This document shows, one piece after another, positions 1 to 13,900 of a stretch of DNA of 64,000 nucleotides (position 1 is the first letter of the stretch; every line of letters begins with the position of its first letter). This DNA comes from Oculina patagonica (Eukaryota). The stretch lies in assembly GCF_052425735.1 (NCBI RefSeq), contig NC_135769.1, forward strand, positions 19,282,001-19,346,000, in the 5' to 3' direction. Under the pieces are notes generated by a model, which did not search any database, had not been told where the DNA came from, and was given only the letters and a program-made list of their open reading frames with translations. Position numbers and translations under genes: made by a program.

Positions 1-140
1 AATATTTACATGAAGCAGCACTAGAGAAGCTTGTCTTCTTAAAAATTTCTGTATTTTTGTTGGTAAATTTTAGAGATCTATAAAATTAAAACATGTCATA
101 GAACGTCACCCTCAAATTGTGTTTCGTCATTTTATGATTA

Positions 141-703
141 CCGTATTTACTCGAATAAGCGCCGCCCCCGAATAAGCGCCGCCCTTGAATAAGCGCCGCA
201 TTTAAGACCAAAAACTTAATAAGCGCCGCCCTAGAATAAGCGCCACGGTCGAATAAGCGCCGCATTTAAGACCAAAAACTTAATAAGCGCCGCCCCCGAA
301 TAAGCGCCGCGGTCGCGATGAGGCACTTATTCGAGGAATTCCGTTTAACTAAAAACAGCACTACAAAGCAACTCTAAAACAAACTTGGACACTCTTTCTA
401 TCAAAAGCAATGTTTTGTAGTTAAAAGTGGTTGTCGTCCATTAGTTTTCTATTAAACATTCTTACAATACGTAGTGCTCTGAATGTTGTAAAGGCCGGGA
501 ACTTTGCCAGGACAGCTAGGGCCACATCTCTCTTCAGCAAAAGATGAATACTGACAATCAAAAGACGCTATTTTCAATTACTGTTAAAAAATTGGATTCG
601 TTGTGGCGTCCAAATTATAAATAAGCGCCGCCCTCGAATAAGCGCCGCACTTGAGGCGCGAAAAATTTAATAAGCGCCGCGGCGCTTATTCGAGTAAATA
701 CGG
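141..703. mobile_element. Non-autonomous DNA transposon (Tc2/pogo-like MITE) with subterminal AATAAGCGCCGC arrays
   Basis: TIRs CCGTATTTACTCGAATAAGCGCCGC / GCGGCGCTTATTCGAGTAAATACGG flanked by TA; more than 10 copies of AATAAGCGCC(G/A)C near both ends. Confidence 0.85.
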
Positions 704-1884
704 TATTTTTTTTTTACCTGCTATAATTCTTTATAGTTGAAATATTAATTTGTTTTAAAACAGAATAAATGTTAGTTAAGATTTTTTATTTTTATTGTGC
801 CAAAATTGGGTTACCATTTTGGGAGCCAAGGTCTTGTTGTATTCATAAAGTAACACTTTTATTTGTCCCTAATCTTGAGCGGAAAAACACAATAACCTTT
901 AAATGTTAGACCCAAAAATGAAAATGTATCAGAAAAATGGCAAACAAACAAGACAAATAGGTTAGAACGCCACAGGACACATAAATTAATTCTTGAAAAA
1001 AAAATAGTAGCTCGTGTCTTAAATCACGATCAAAATAGCATTGTTGTTTAAATTCATATGACTACAAAGCTTTTAGCGCGTTCCTACTTTAGGCTGAAGT
1101 GTCGCAGCTACTTACCATATAAAAATACACACGCGCCAACAATCAGATTTGTAAATGGCGGTGGTCGGATTATGAACCGATGATGTTTTCCGCTGGAAGA
1201 ACCAAAATATCAAACACGTTGACTTGTCTTGTTGAGGATATCCGCATGAAATTCAGTTCACGGCCGCTTCTTGTTCGTCCGCTTTGAAAATCCTTGTGCG
1301 ATCGGGAAAGAATTAAATTTCCTTGTAAAATTGTGTCAACAGAATCAGGTTTTACGAGCGTTACTAAAATCCATTTTACATCGCTAGTACCTCCCGGATG
1401 TAGCCTTGTAGATAGTGCTTGAATAAATGACCTATCAGGACTGTCAATTGTAAACAACTGTGTTAACATTCTTCCTTCGAAGTTCGATCTCTCGTGGAAA
1501 CGAAGAAAGCGCCATTGTGATTGAATACAAGCCAGGCTGCACACACTCCAGGAAGGCCTTCTAAAACTCAGAAACGCTGCTTGATAAACGGTAAAATACA
1601 GCATTGGATACCAAGCACGAAACACGCAACACAGACGGACAGGACAACGAACACTTTTCAAACTTCTCATGATGATAACTTGGTAGACATTTTACACCTT
1701 CTTCGGCAAATATCTGTCAGGCGCACCTGCTTGGCGCAATGCATGCTGGTACCTCGCAGAAACCGCGGGAAAGTTTTCCCAGGAGTTCTTAGCTTTTATG
1801 AGCTCCTACTTTGGGTCATAATCATCTTTCTTTTTCATTTCTTTTCTCTCTATTTTTATTAATTTTTTTTTAAGAAAAATATAT

Positions 1885-3462
1885 AGAGGGCGCCTAGATT
1901 TCATGAACTTCCCGATATAACGATGAATATTTTATGTCCCGGCAAAAGTTACAGTAAACTGCATCGGACAGGACCCCGATATAACGATCTTCGATATCAT
2001 GACGATATTCCCGATATAAGAATTTAGCGGACCGAACGTAAAATCTTTCTCGATATAACGATATTATCAGTACTCAGTCACAATTTTAACCAAAACATTT
2101 AATTTAACACAATAACGTTTCTGTCAACAGCTTTGTTCCGATATACGAAAATGAGTTCTAAGAGGGTCCTGGAGGGGGGGGAGGGGGGTACCAAATTCCA
2201 TTTCCCAGCCCAAATTTTGCCCAAATCCCATTTCCCAGCCTATTTTTTGTCTAAATCCCAGTCCCAGCAGTGAAATTCCCAGTGTGTGGAAAATCTGGTC
2301 TCAAGCGCATTATATCTGTGTTGTTTTTTATTGTCCTAAATGTAGTACACTCCCTGAACTTTCCCTTCGGTGCCCTATATAGGGATTGAACCCAGGCACA
2401 GGAAGAGCGAGTCCAGAGTAACTTGCACTGAAATCCGTCCTCCCACCCACCACCTCCCCCCACCCCCTTACAAAAAAGGGGGAAACCAAACCATATTCCA
2501 CAGCACCTTTAGACACGCACGCGTACAGATGATAAATACAGAAATTTAGTATTTGTGGATTTAGTACCTATTCTTTTAATTACGGCTTTAGACAAAGGTT
2601 ACAATATTTTTTCTTGCAGATCGCGCGCTTTAGTCGCATAGTTAAAGTTTTCATTTAAGTGAACTATTTTTACCCTAACGCACACGTTACATGTAAGAAA
2701 TGCCACACGTCTCTGTCGTTTTTCATTGGTTTGTTTTTTAAAAGCATGCACATGCAAGTTATCCTGGACTTTCTTTTCGCACCTGGGTCGCAGAAGGGAT
2801 AGTTCAAGGACTGACTACCCAAAATCATGTTCTGCTGCAAGTTTTTATCCCATACCTACCACTACCCTGACTGACAACAACTTGCTGTCACTTCTTTTAA
2901 ATATTCCATTTGTGCCGATCCTCAGTCATAGCTGTTCCGCTGAGTAACTTCATCACTTACACGAAAATTGATCGAGACCAGTTGATGGACACTAGTGCAG
3001 TGCGGTCGTTTTGTTTTAGAGTTTTCAGCGTTTTAACTATTCAGTGCCAGACTTTAAGAACATAACATTATAGAGCGCAAAATATGCTGGTTTAGTCATG
3101 TACTGACACGCTTCCCATTCCCATTTTTTGTTTCTGAATCCCAGTCCCAGTGACCTAAATCCCATTTTCCCAGTGAAAATATAGGCAAATCCCAGTCAAA
3201 ATGGGCAAATCCCAGTTCCCATTTTACCCCTTCAGGACCCTCTTCTAAGCCTCTTTATCAAATTTATCCTCTTTTCCTCCTTGTCATTCAGTAGTTCTCT
3301 TAGTTTCAGTATCTTTGACTAGGTCATCCCGATATATTAAACGATATTTTCGGTTATTTTACGGCCATATCGTTATATCGGGAGTTTCGATATAACGATT
3401 CCTTGATATAACGATATAATTTTTCTGTTCCCTTGGCATATCGTTATATCGGGGTTCCACTG
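1885..3462. mobile_element. Tigger/pogo-like MITE with CGATATAACGAT subterminal repeats, interrupted by a nested element
   Basis: Right end ATATCGTTATATCGGGGTTCCACTG-TA; CGATATAACGAT repeats at 1913-2065 and inverted at 3330-3452; left end degenerate. Confidence 0.6.
2162..3242. mobile_element. MITE with GAGGGTCCTG termini and 6-bp TSD (TTCTAA)
   Basis: TTCTAA|GAGGGTCCTG...CAGGACCCTC|TTCTAA; subterminal AAATCCCA(G/T)T repeats. Confidence 0.8.
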
Positions 3463-3560
3463 TATTGGCTTTAAAAGTCTGTGTATATAGCCGCCTCCTC
3501 CCCTCAGAGGGGAGGTGGAGCTGTACGCGCGGATAAAATCACGGGTCGAAATTCACTTGG

Positions 3561-3957
3561 CAGGGTCCCAAAGGCGTTTAGGGCTTCAAGCCCCCCAAAA
3601 AAACAGGCTCCAGGGCCGGCTCTGGACTCTCAAAAGTTAAGGCTGCGGGCTTTGTAGAAAACATTCTCAAAGATCCACGCTTTGTAGCTTGCGAAGCAGG
3701 CGCCTGTGCAGTTTTTTTAAGCGCGCGTTTTAAAAGGGCGCGAGATCGCAAGAAGCAGAGAAGAAGCCTTCCCGCATTTTTCCTCGCGTGACCGTCTCGC
3801 GCCTTTCGCGTTTCCCATACGCGCACTCGAAACCACCCAGGTTTAGGCTACACACTTTGCAGCGAAGGGCTTCAAGCAACAAAATAATGGGGTTCCAGGC
3901 TCCAAGGCGAAAATTTTAGGGCTCCTAGGCTCCAGCCACCACCCATTTGGAACCCTG
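3561..3957. mobile_element. MITE with CAGGGT termini and 6-bp TSD (ACTTGG)
   Basis: ACTTGG|CAGGGTCCCAAA...TTTGGAACCCTG|ACTTGG; internal GGCTCCAG repeats. Confidence 0.75.
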
Positions 3958-4955
3958 ACTTGGGTCTGCACATTGGAGTATCAGCGGCCTTTAAATCGGG
4001 GTACGAGATCAGGGACTTTCATATCGGAATACGAGTACGACTTTTCAAACCCAGTGCTTATGCTTATGCTTTCGATTGTCACAGTTCTCACCAGTCCCGT
4101 ACTATTCAAATGGTTAGCAAAGGGAGGAAGTAGAAGGGAGGGCTTTGGGAAAGTAACTGGACTGAAATTCGAAACTTGTACTCGTACTCTATCTCGTACT
4201 TGTACTGCTATGTATGTGAGTGCAGTTGTTGCAAATTAAGGTTAAAAGCCCGGTTAAAAGTTGTGAACAATAGCTCAAATAACGGGAGTGGAGATAATGT
4301 GACAGCAAAAGAGAAAAAAAAGATGTCATTAATAATTTTATTAAATAAGACAAAACGTCAATAGAAACGGACAGTATGCAACCAATTCAGTAGTGAAGTA
4401 CCAACTACAATTTTTCTATTCCTAAACACAATTTATAGATATTTTTCAATCTGGTATGACATGTTATTGGACAATACAAATACAAATGTTAAGGCAGTTT
4501 AAATTCTTTGGAGTAAAAATTATATCGAGTCTTTCAACTTACTTTATTTTTACTGGCCTCTTTCGTAGACATTCTTGTGGCTTGTCACGCACTTCTCTCG
4601 AACGAGGAGTGCGTGACGAGCCAAAAGAATATGTCGGCATTACTTAATTGCCATAGTCTACGTAGAAGGCTATATTTTTACTATTCAAGCCATATTTTGC
4701 GAGCTTTTGTTAAATATTCATTTCATAGTTTCCGTAATTTTAAGACCGGTAAACGAGTGGTTATTAAAATCTGATTTATTAAACCAGCGCTTTATTTCTT
4801 ACAAACCGCTTGCGCCCGCTGGCCACTTTTAGCAGCCTTCACCTTTGAAGAAAAATATTATTATAAAACTATTATTGGCCAAGATGGTTCTGTTCGACTT
4901 AAGTGATTTTATACCTTAGTAAATTATATATTTTAACATAGCTCTTTTAAATTTT

Positions 4956-7900
4956 CTACTTTCTTGCCTTCATTTCATCTTGGACAAAACTAAACGCATC
5001 TGCTTTGCCAGACTTCCCAACAAAACTGAAATCCGTTTTTTGACTCGGCTGTTTCGGAAGTCTCAAGGGAATCGTAGAAGCACCACTTAAAACAGAAGGT
5101 TGGACTATTGGATGAGAATTGTTTGGAAAATTCAAGGAATACTGGTTTCCCATTGGTGGACCACTACTCGGTAATGTGACATGTGATTGTGTAGTTCTAT
5201 TACGTGACAAACCGTCCAAATCATCGAAGGGATGTGAACCGTCTGCAATATTCACTAATCTTGGGTTTACAGTATTTACATCTGAAGAGTTAACTGGAGG
5301 TACGGCATTTCCTTGAGGAGAAATGAAACTATTTTCGTAACTTATTAGTTGTGGACCTGTTTCATTGTTTGTCGTTGTTTCTGAAAGAGCGTTTCGTTGC
5401 AGCTACTGTAGTTGAAGTGACGCAGGGTTGCGTGACAGGTTGTCCAAGAGAGCTCCCACTGTCGTTACACAAAGGATCAAACAGATCTGTCACGCAATCC
5501 TTGACAGGTTCTTGAATTTTTCTGTCGGTAGTAGGTCCTGCAGTTTCTTCAGTCAAAGAAAACAAATCATCTAACTCTGATTTCGAACTTTGGAAGGCTT
5601 GTCTTGAATTATTGTCATTTTTAGGCGTGTGATTTCCACTAGAAAGATCAAGTCCTTGGAAAACATCAAAAACTTCTGTTGAAGGTCTTTTCTCCGGAAC
5701 AGTTGTATGGGAACCAAACGCTTGGGATCTTGAAGTAGCCTCTGTCTTCTGCAAATGAAAATAAAACGCCAACGTAGCAGACAAACTCAAACGAAATCCG
5801 TAATACATTTTTTGGAAAAGTGAACCTAGTGGCTGTAAGAAGGGTGGGTGGTTGTACACAAGTGAATGGAAGGTGCGAAGGATCTTTATGTGATTTTGGT
5901 ATTGGGGGAGGGAGGTCAATTTTGTTCTGGAAGATTTTTGTGATAAAATATATTTGTATCTTTTATGAAGATTAATATTAGGCTATTTTGGGTGGTTTAG
6001 AAAAGTTGACGTATTGTCGTTATTATTTGGAGGGGGATAATATATATCCTTTGACTATTAACTTGCGGCTCCACTTATGCACCTCTCCTTTTATTTTCCT
6101 TGAGTATCCCCCCACCCCCCCCACCCCCTAGACCAGATGATCAACCTAAGGTGAACACTTCTTCGATTTTTATTTTTATTTTTGGAGAAGACCAGGAACT
6201 CGGACGTAACGGTGCACAAGTAAAAGAGTATACTATTGAAATTTGCTGGTTTTGTTTCAGTCAAGTGCAAATAAAGAACCTGTGGAAATACTGTTGGTCT
6301 TACCGCGTGTAAACTCATTCCAGAAAATAGAGTTGGAGTGTCATCTACTGCAAACTGTTGTGTGAAAGCATTTCCAGTATCATCCTCCTGCAAATGGTAT
6401 ATGCAACATAGAAAAGTGAGTTGATTTTTAGCCTACCACAGAAAAGAAAGAAACTTTGCAAAACTTGGCGTTGTTTTGCTAGTTCATGTAACTGTTGTTG
6501 TAAAATGAGTTACTGTTTTAGTTGTTGACTGAACTATGGTCATTAGAGCTATTTAACTCCTCTCGACCATGAGATGTATTTAAATTAAGTAAAGTTCTTT
6601 CGCGTAAGAATAGGGGTTTGCTCCTCGGAATTGAAATTCATAGATTTCCTTGAAAGAAGCACTAATAGTTCACTGATACACAAACAAACAAACAAATAAA
6701 TAAAAAATGCTCCCTACATTTTCTACATTTAAAAGATCCTCACTGTTTACTTCTCTTGTCACGTGAACATCTGAAAGAAAAAGAAAACGTCTTTAACCTT
6801 AAATCTGTCACAAAAGTTTCCTTAACTCAACCGCATAAATCTCCAAGAGTTCTTGATTGAATAGAACTCTAACGTTGTCTGAAATGGTTCTAACGTTGGT
6901 GTGTGTATACGAAACTGGGTGTGTACCTACTTAAATAAACGGCGAATCCAGGTCGCCCTTGTTAAAAGTTTTGATAACACTATCCTCTGGATGAATCACT
7001 ATCCAGTCGATAAGTACAGTGTTGACAAAACAAACTACGCTATCCACTGGATAGTGATTTACCTTTGAATAACCGGGCCCAGATGTACTTTAAAGGAAGA
7101 AATGTGAAGAAGGGCTACAGGGAAGAAGGGGGGGGGGGATGAAAGTGGGCCTGTTCTTGCTCTATTAAGGAAGGAAAGAGACAGAACATTTTTGCCCCAT
7201 GGGCATTATATTTTTCGATACCTCCCAAATAAAACCCAAGAGTGCAGCCATTCTAATAAAAGCTACTGGGTAGTAATTTGTTGTAGTGCTGTTCGTTTTT
7301 CTGTTTTTCCCAAATGAAACGTTATAAACAGTTTGTCAAATTTCCACTCGTAATTAATGGGGAGCCTTGTCAACAATGCCCATGTGAATAATAACAAAAA
7401 TTGTGATAAGCCCACCTTTTTGGACCTTCTCTTTTTCCATTTTTGCATTAATTAATAAGATGATCTGAAAAACAAAATAACCAACATGTACCAAGGTACG
7501 TATTTCAACTGATCAGAGCGGTCTAGCTAAGTATCCACAAAAACTCGAAGCGTAGGAAAACATGCGCAAACGAGTCATGATTGGTTTGGTTTTACTTCTG
7601 ATTGGATAAGAACGTGGCACAATTTTTTTTAAACCAATCACTATACGTAGTAATGCAAAACCAAAGCAAATGCAAACTACTCTTGACACTCAAGTAAAAA
7701 CTGCTTTATTGCCTTGAAAGGAACTTGTTATTACTTCCCATACAAAAGTGGACAATGAGTGGTATCAAAGTTATAAATACTAAAGTCGATCAGACTCACC
7801 TTTTTAGCTTTAGATAACACATTACCACTTTCTGTTTTTGTAATCTCTTGAAGATTTGAACAATAACGAGACATTCTAGTGGCCACACAAGGAATATCAC

Positions 7901-10900
7901 TTTTTAAGAGATGCTCTAGAACATGTAGAGATTTCTAGAAAAAATAAAATTACTGTTTTAAGAATATGAAAAGTTAGAAATGAGTATATCATAAAGACAT
8001 ACATGTAGGATAACAACTATGTTCAAAACAAAAAATAAGCAACTCAGTTAAAAAACAGACAACATTGAAACTCCTTTCTTAATCCCTTGGCATGAAAATA
8101 AGTAAATAGGCCTTATTCACGATAGCTGCCATGTTCGTTTTCAACTTATAATGCAAATTGAGCATACGATTTCTGAGGGGTCAAACAGTTAAAATCGGCA
8201 AATTTCAACGTAAAAATCCAATTAGGCAAATTCCAACAATTTCGACTACCTTATTGTTACTTATTTTCCAGAAACTTAACTTTGCAATTTTTTTACAATT
8301 TGGATTTAAAACATAAAAAAAAGAAAACGTTAAAAATAAATTTAAGCGGGTCTTTAATTTCACATTTGTTTTTAGATCGCGAAAATAAGTAACAATAACT
8401 TAGGTAAACTAACCCAGGCAACTAAATTCTGGAAGTGGCAGCCAAAACAAAAGATCCTACAAGCTTTGACCTATCAACAGCTGACAAGAACAAACAACAT
8501 TGCTATGTGATCATGGTGGATTTTCACTGACGCGTAAATTTTTACGTGCGTGAAAAAAATTAGAGACAATGTATGAAAAGCCTGCGTAAACGTGTACGCA
8601 AGCCGTTCATACATTGTCTCTAATTTTTTTACGCACATAAAAAATTACGCGTCAGTGGAAATCCACCATCAGGTAACTTCTGCTAATTTCTAAAAACGTG
8701 CATTTATCTTTATTTATGCTTCACCCCATGCAAATACTTCTATCATATGTATATTTACCTACCAACTGAACTTCAGTAACTGGTTCCAAGAGTCTGTTGT
8801 TCAGTGCTTCCAACACTTTTTTAACATTCAAGGTAGAGCATCTTTTGAGAAAAAAAAAAACATCCACATGAATACCTTGTCTAAAATATTAACCAACATA
8901 GGCCTGCAATGCATACAGAGAGCTTGTTAATTTTGTTGGTTGTGAATGAGCCATGCCTTATAGGGGCGTTGTTAATATGGCCACCTCATTGCTACAAGTA
9001 TGTTTATGTGACCCTAACTTAAGCACAGTCAATCATTCTGTTAACAGTATTTAAGAACCATTTCAGAAAGATCAACCAGTGTTCCACTGTATATTATGGT
9101 CTGATTGTTAAAGTGTGTGTAGAATTCTGGAATGAGACATCTGAGTTTTGTCGTGGTCAGGGAAGGGCCATTGTGCCTGTGTTCATGGCCAAGGTACCTT
9201 ACAGTCACAGTGTGATACACTGTGCTTCTCTCTATCCAGGAGTACAAATGGGTGTGAAAAACTATTTGTAAAGCAATTTGACAAAATGCTGCAAAAACCT
9301 GCAATGGACTAGCATCCCATCCAGGATGGAATAGAAATATGCCTGGAAATACTCCCACTGAGAGAACATCCAACAACAAACTTTGATTTCCACAGTAAAA
9401 ACTGCCAGCAGTGGCTTAAGAGATTGGTATTGATAAGCCATTAGGCTGAGAACTCTGATGTGAAGTAATAATTTTTTTTTATAACTACGAATAAAAATTA
9501 TTTTTTACCTTTTTGTGAACTGCTTCAAAGCTTCTTTTGAGGGAACAGCACGTATTCCACCTTCAGATGTGATGTTCTCAACAAGATGCCCTTCTACAGA
9601 CAATGTCTTATCTGATTCATGTGATTCTTGCTCCTCTGTTGCCCTTAAAAGACAATGAAAACTCAGTATAATAATTATTTTTTTTGGCTGGCTTACTTTT
9701 CTTTAGAGACAAACAAACGAAGACTTACAGCAAGGCGCCCAAAAGTGTGACCACTTTTAATTTATTCACATTCTTTCGTGCAGATTTAATCCAATCAGAA
9801 GTCAACTGCAAGCTATCCACGGCTTTTGATTGGATTAAATCTGCACGAAAGAATGTGAATAAATTAATAAGGGGTCACACTTTTGGGCGCCTTGCTGTAA
9901 TACCCTGAATTACAAAATACAATAAATTGCACAATAATTTATTCAATTTTTAGTCTGGTTAGTGCAGACGTACTAGTGGAAATGCAGACTGCAGACTGGT
10001 GGTAAAAAGCAGAATAGGGGTAAAATAAGTTCTAATTGGGTATCTAAAACAGTCATATTTACAAGATGTCTCTTAAGCTATGCTACAATTCATTTATATG
10101 CTTCCTCACATGTCAAAACCACTTTTTGTAACAAATACCGGTAGGTAACAGAGGTATATCTTACTGAGGAGAGTCTTCATCATCCAGAAATGTTTTAAAA
10201 CCTGTGTAAAAAAATTACATGTAAAACAATTTGGTCTTCCTTTTTTAGAAAACAAAGAATACCGGTAATACTCTTCACAATATAGGAATTTAATCTCTAC
10301 ACCCCCCCAGGAAGGTCACTGAAAATTTTAAAAGGTGGGGGGAGGGGCACCAAGAACACACTTAGAATACTTCACTTATAGGCCTGTTGAAGCCACATGG
10401 CGCTTTATGCACCAGGAACACAACACAACAAAATAAACATGGCCAGCATGGGAGACTTCGAAAGGGAAACAAAAGATAAAGCTAAACTAGAATTTTCTAG
10501 AGGCGTGGCGATCCAAATGATCTTTCTCTAAGAGGGGTATCGATTTTTGCTGGAATTATTTATTGTTATGCTAAAACAAATCTAAGGAGAGTAATTTCTT
10601 AATAAATTATTGCTGCCTGAGAATTGATGTGCATGCAGATACCTGAATTAGGATTTGATAGCTCTGCATAGTTAACAAATGTAACGCTTGATCCACCAGT
10701 TGTGGGCATACTCTCTTTCTCATTTTTCGACGTCAAACGATTTGCTGCATCTGGTAAACGTTCTGCGAGGTTTTTCACTGAGTCAAGCCAAGTTTTATTC
10801 TCTAGAAAAGAGTGCAAGAAAAGAAATTGTTGAAAGTGTATGTTCAAATAATGCAACTCAACATACCGTAGAATTCCGGTTATAAGCCCTGGGCTTATAC

Positions 10901-13900
10901 AACTTCGTAAGGGTTTTTTAGTTGGCTTATAAGCGGAGGGACTTATATCCGGGAGGGCTTATAAGCGAAATGAAATAAAAGTTTCAAAACGAGCCCGGGA
11001 GTGTTGATCGAAACACGTTTTTAAGTTAAAAACGCACAAAAAAGCGACATTTAGCCCTGTTCAGTACAGTCATCCGGAAGAGGGGGGCTTATATCCAGGG
11101 GGGCTTATAATCGGATGTATTTTTTTGTTTCCAGGTTGACGGGCCTATAACTGGGGGGGCTTATAAGCGGGGGAGCTTATAACCGGAATTTTACGGTATG
11201 TTATAAACGGCATGCAATGCATGCAGAATCCATGATGATTCCCAAGGGGGTCTTAAATAACTCTCTTATATAATATAATTTGTCTCTTTTGTTTATATTT
11301 TTGTATACGCCCTCTCTAACTTCCCGGGAGTATTTTGCTTTGTGTCCTTCGCGGCGATTTCTTGTTGTGTTAAAATTGATCTCTGTTCACCTCTCATTTA
11401 TTTCTGTAGTTAGTTCCCATCCATGTCTCTAGTTCCCAGTGCTCCTCGGTTGAGGGAACTGTAAAAGATCCAAAGGAATTTCATCCCCCGGCATTAAGCG
11501 ATAGTCATTGCTTAAAAATGAGATGCATGATTCAGGAAACTATGAACACTATGTAGCAAGTAATACATACTTGCTGACTGTGAAGGTGAATTTCCGAAAC
11601 CTTCCATCTTCTTTCCTGTTGGTCCCATCATTGCTACAAAATTGGGAGAATAAATTTAATAATAATAATAATTATTACTTATAATCAAGAATGTGATGAT
11701 CAAGTTTCCTAGTACTAGATTAAGCAAGGTTAGAGAACAGGAATCCTTATTACATGACTAGTGGAAGATTCAAGGAAGAAAACATTAGAAAACATTGGGT
11801 TTGTAACTAACACATCATTGGGAGTACATGTAGAGGTCCTAATGATGTGACAAACGCCAAAAACATCCCTGTACATCTTGAATATAGAATTTTGTAAAAG
11901 TTTCATCATCCTCCAAATTAATTGCAGTACCCCCCTCGCTCCCAATCTGAACAGGACTGGTTTTGAGAGTTATGTGTAACTAGAATAAAATTATGTTTTT
12001 AGAGACAGCCAACCATTATTTAAACTCTTCTCCTAGACATTGCTATCAATATTAAGCATCTCCCACAAGAATTTCCCCATGTACAAACTGTGATTTGAAA
12101 TAAGCAGTGGCAGATCTAGGGAAGGGGTCCGGGTGGCCTGGGACCCACCTTATTTTCAGGCTGAAACCAAGGCCTGTAGGGCTGAGAAAAAATATTTTCG
12201 AGAGTGGGCCCCCTCTTATTCTTGTAGTCTGGATGATCGGGCCCCCCACTTACCTGAAGGTCTGGATTCGCCACTGATCCCAGGGGGGGTACTCCGGGAT
12301 CCAAGTGACGGGGATGTGCGAAGAATTTTTTTGGGGTCGAAATTTTTCGATTCCGGGATTTTTTTGGGTAGGAGAATTTGGCAGGTATTTTTTTGGGTGA
12401 CTTGATTTAAATAGGGGATTTTTTTGGGTATTAAAATCAAACTAAAGTGCCTTGGCGCGGCCTTGGCAATTTAGGGGTAATTTGACTAGCGATTTTTTTG
12501 GGCGTTTTTTTTGGTCCAGGGATTTTTTTGGGTAATGTCGGGAGACTTAGGGATTTTTTTGGGTCCTGAGTTTTGCCTCCATTCGATCATCCCCATCACT
12601 TTGATCCCGGAGTACCCCCCCTGGGCCACTGATAAGCACCCTTCTAAAAATCCCCTGACTCACTTACCCCGCATGGTTGTGTTTCCACTGCTCTCAACAT
12701 TGAAGAGAAGTTCAATCAATTCCTGTATAAAAAGATCACAGTCAGCTTCTGTTGTTTATCAAAATTTACAATAATGCTCCTGTTATTGAATTTGACAAGT
12801 TCAGTTTCTAGAGTTTAAGAAGAAAAGGACAAAAAGGAAAAATTTAAGGGTTCACTCTGTAATAAACCTTATTAACTAGGAAGGAAGTGATAGGAGTACT
12901 CAAAAAAGTAGAGAAAAACGCTTGCAGCTTCTTATGCTCTTGATTGCTTGTGTACTCTCTATAACAACAACGCGACAAAGCATGCATAAAGGTTTTAAAA
13001 AAGTACTCTGAGCATTTTATTATAATATTCTCTACATATTCAAGAATAAGACTTAGTAACTCACTGATGCAGCAGCTCTCACACGCTGATTGAGGGCATC
13101 ACCTCTTAAATAATCCATTTGGCCAGTAAAACCTGCACAGTAATAAAATGTATAGCCATTACCATTAAAATAAATATATACCAAACAAAAATTGCACTGA
13201 ATACACTGAAACCTCTTGAATTACTAAATCAAAGTGTATTTGGATTTACAGAATGCATTTTTGTACATAGATAGAGTCTCTCAAACAATCACAAGCTATG
13301 ACTCAAATTTTAGACCCTGTAGAGAAGGCCTGGATCGGCGCTATAGAAATATATTTATTATTATTATTATAATAGTCTGACCTCTCTTAAGTGAACCCCA
13401 CTCGTAAATGTGCAGCCATATAGGTTTGACATTTCCAAATTTCATGTGGTCACTAAAGTTATGGAAGGTTTGACATGTACATATATTATTACATTGATTT
13501 AATTTTGTCAAAATAGAAATTTGTGTAAAGTGCCTTCAGTTAGTCCCTCTACTCAATATTTCATTATTGGACCATTACCCTGCTTTTCCGTTAAGTGCAA
13601 AAAAATTACTTTAACCATATTGTATAGATGAAACCTTATTGCCTGTCAGTCCCTCCTTTAAACATGTAAGAGCCATTTATCAACAGGGCTACATGCAAAC
13701 TGTATGCCAATGACATTCAAGTTCTACTTACTCTCAGCTTCTCTAAGAATGTCTGCTTTGTGTCGAAGTGCACTTCTGAACTCAGAATGGCCATTGCTTC
13801 CTGTATAGCACAGGATTTTAAGGACCTACGGATAGAGTAAAATACCAAACCATAGAGCTTTAAATTAATTTATAGGAAGGCTTTTTCATGTTTATAAATT

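Noticed and set aside
141-330. Regularly spaced AATAAGCGCCGC repeats resembling a CRISPR array
   Set aside because: The repeats are short, the spacers are themselves repeated, they lie within TIRs of a TA-flanked MITE, and the context is eukaryotic with no cas genes
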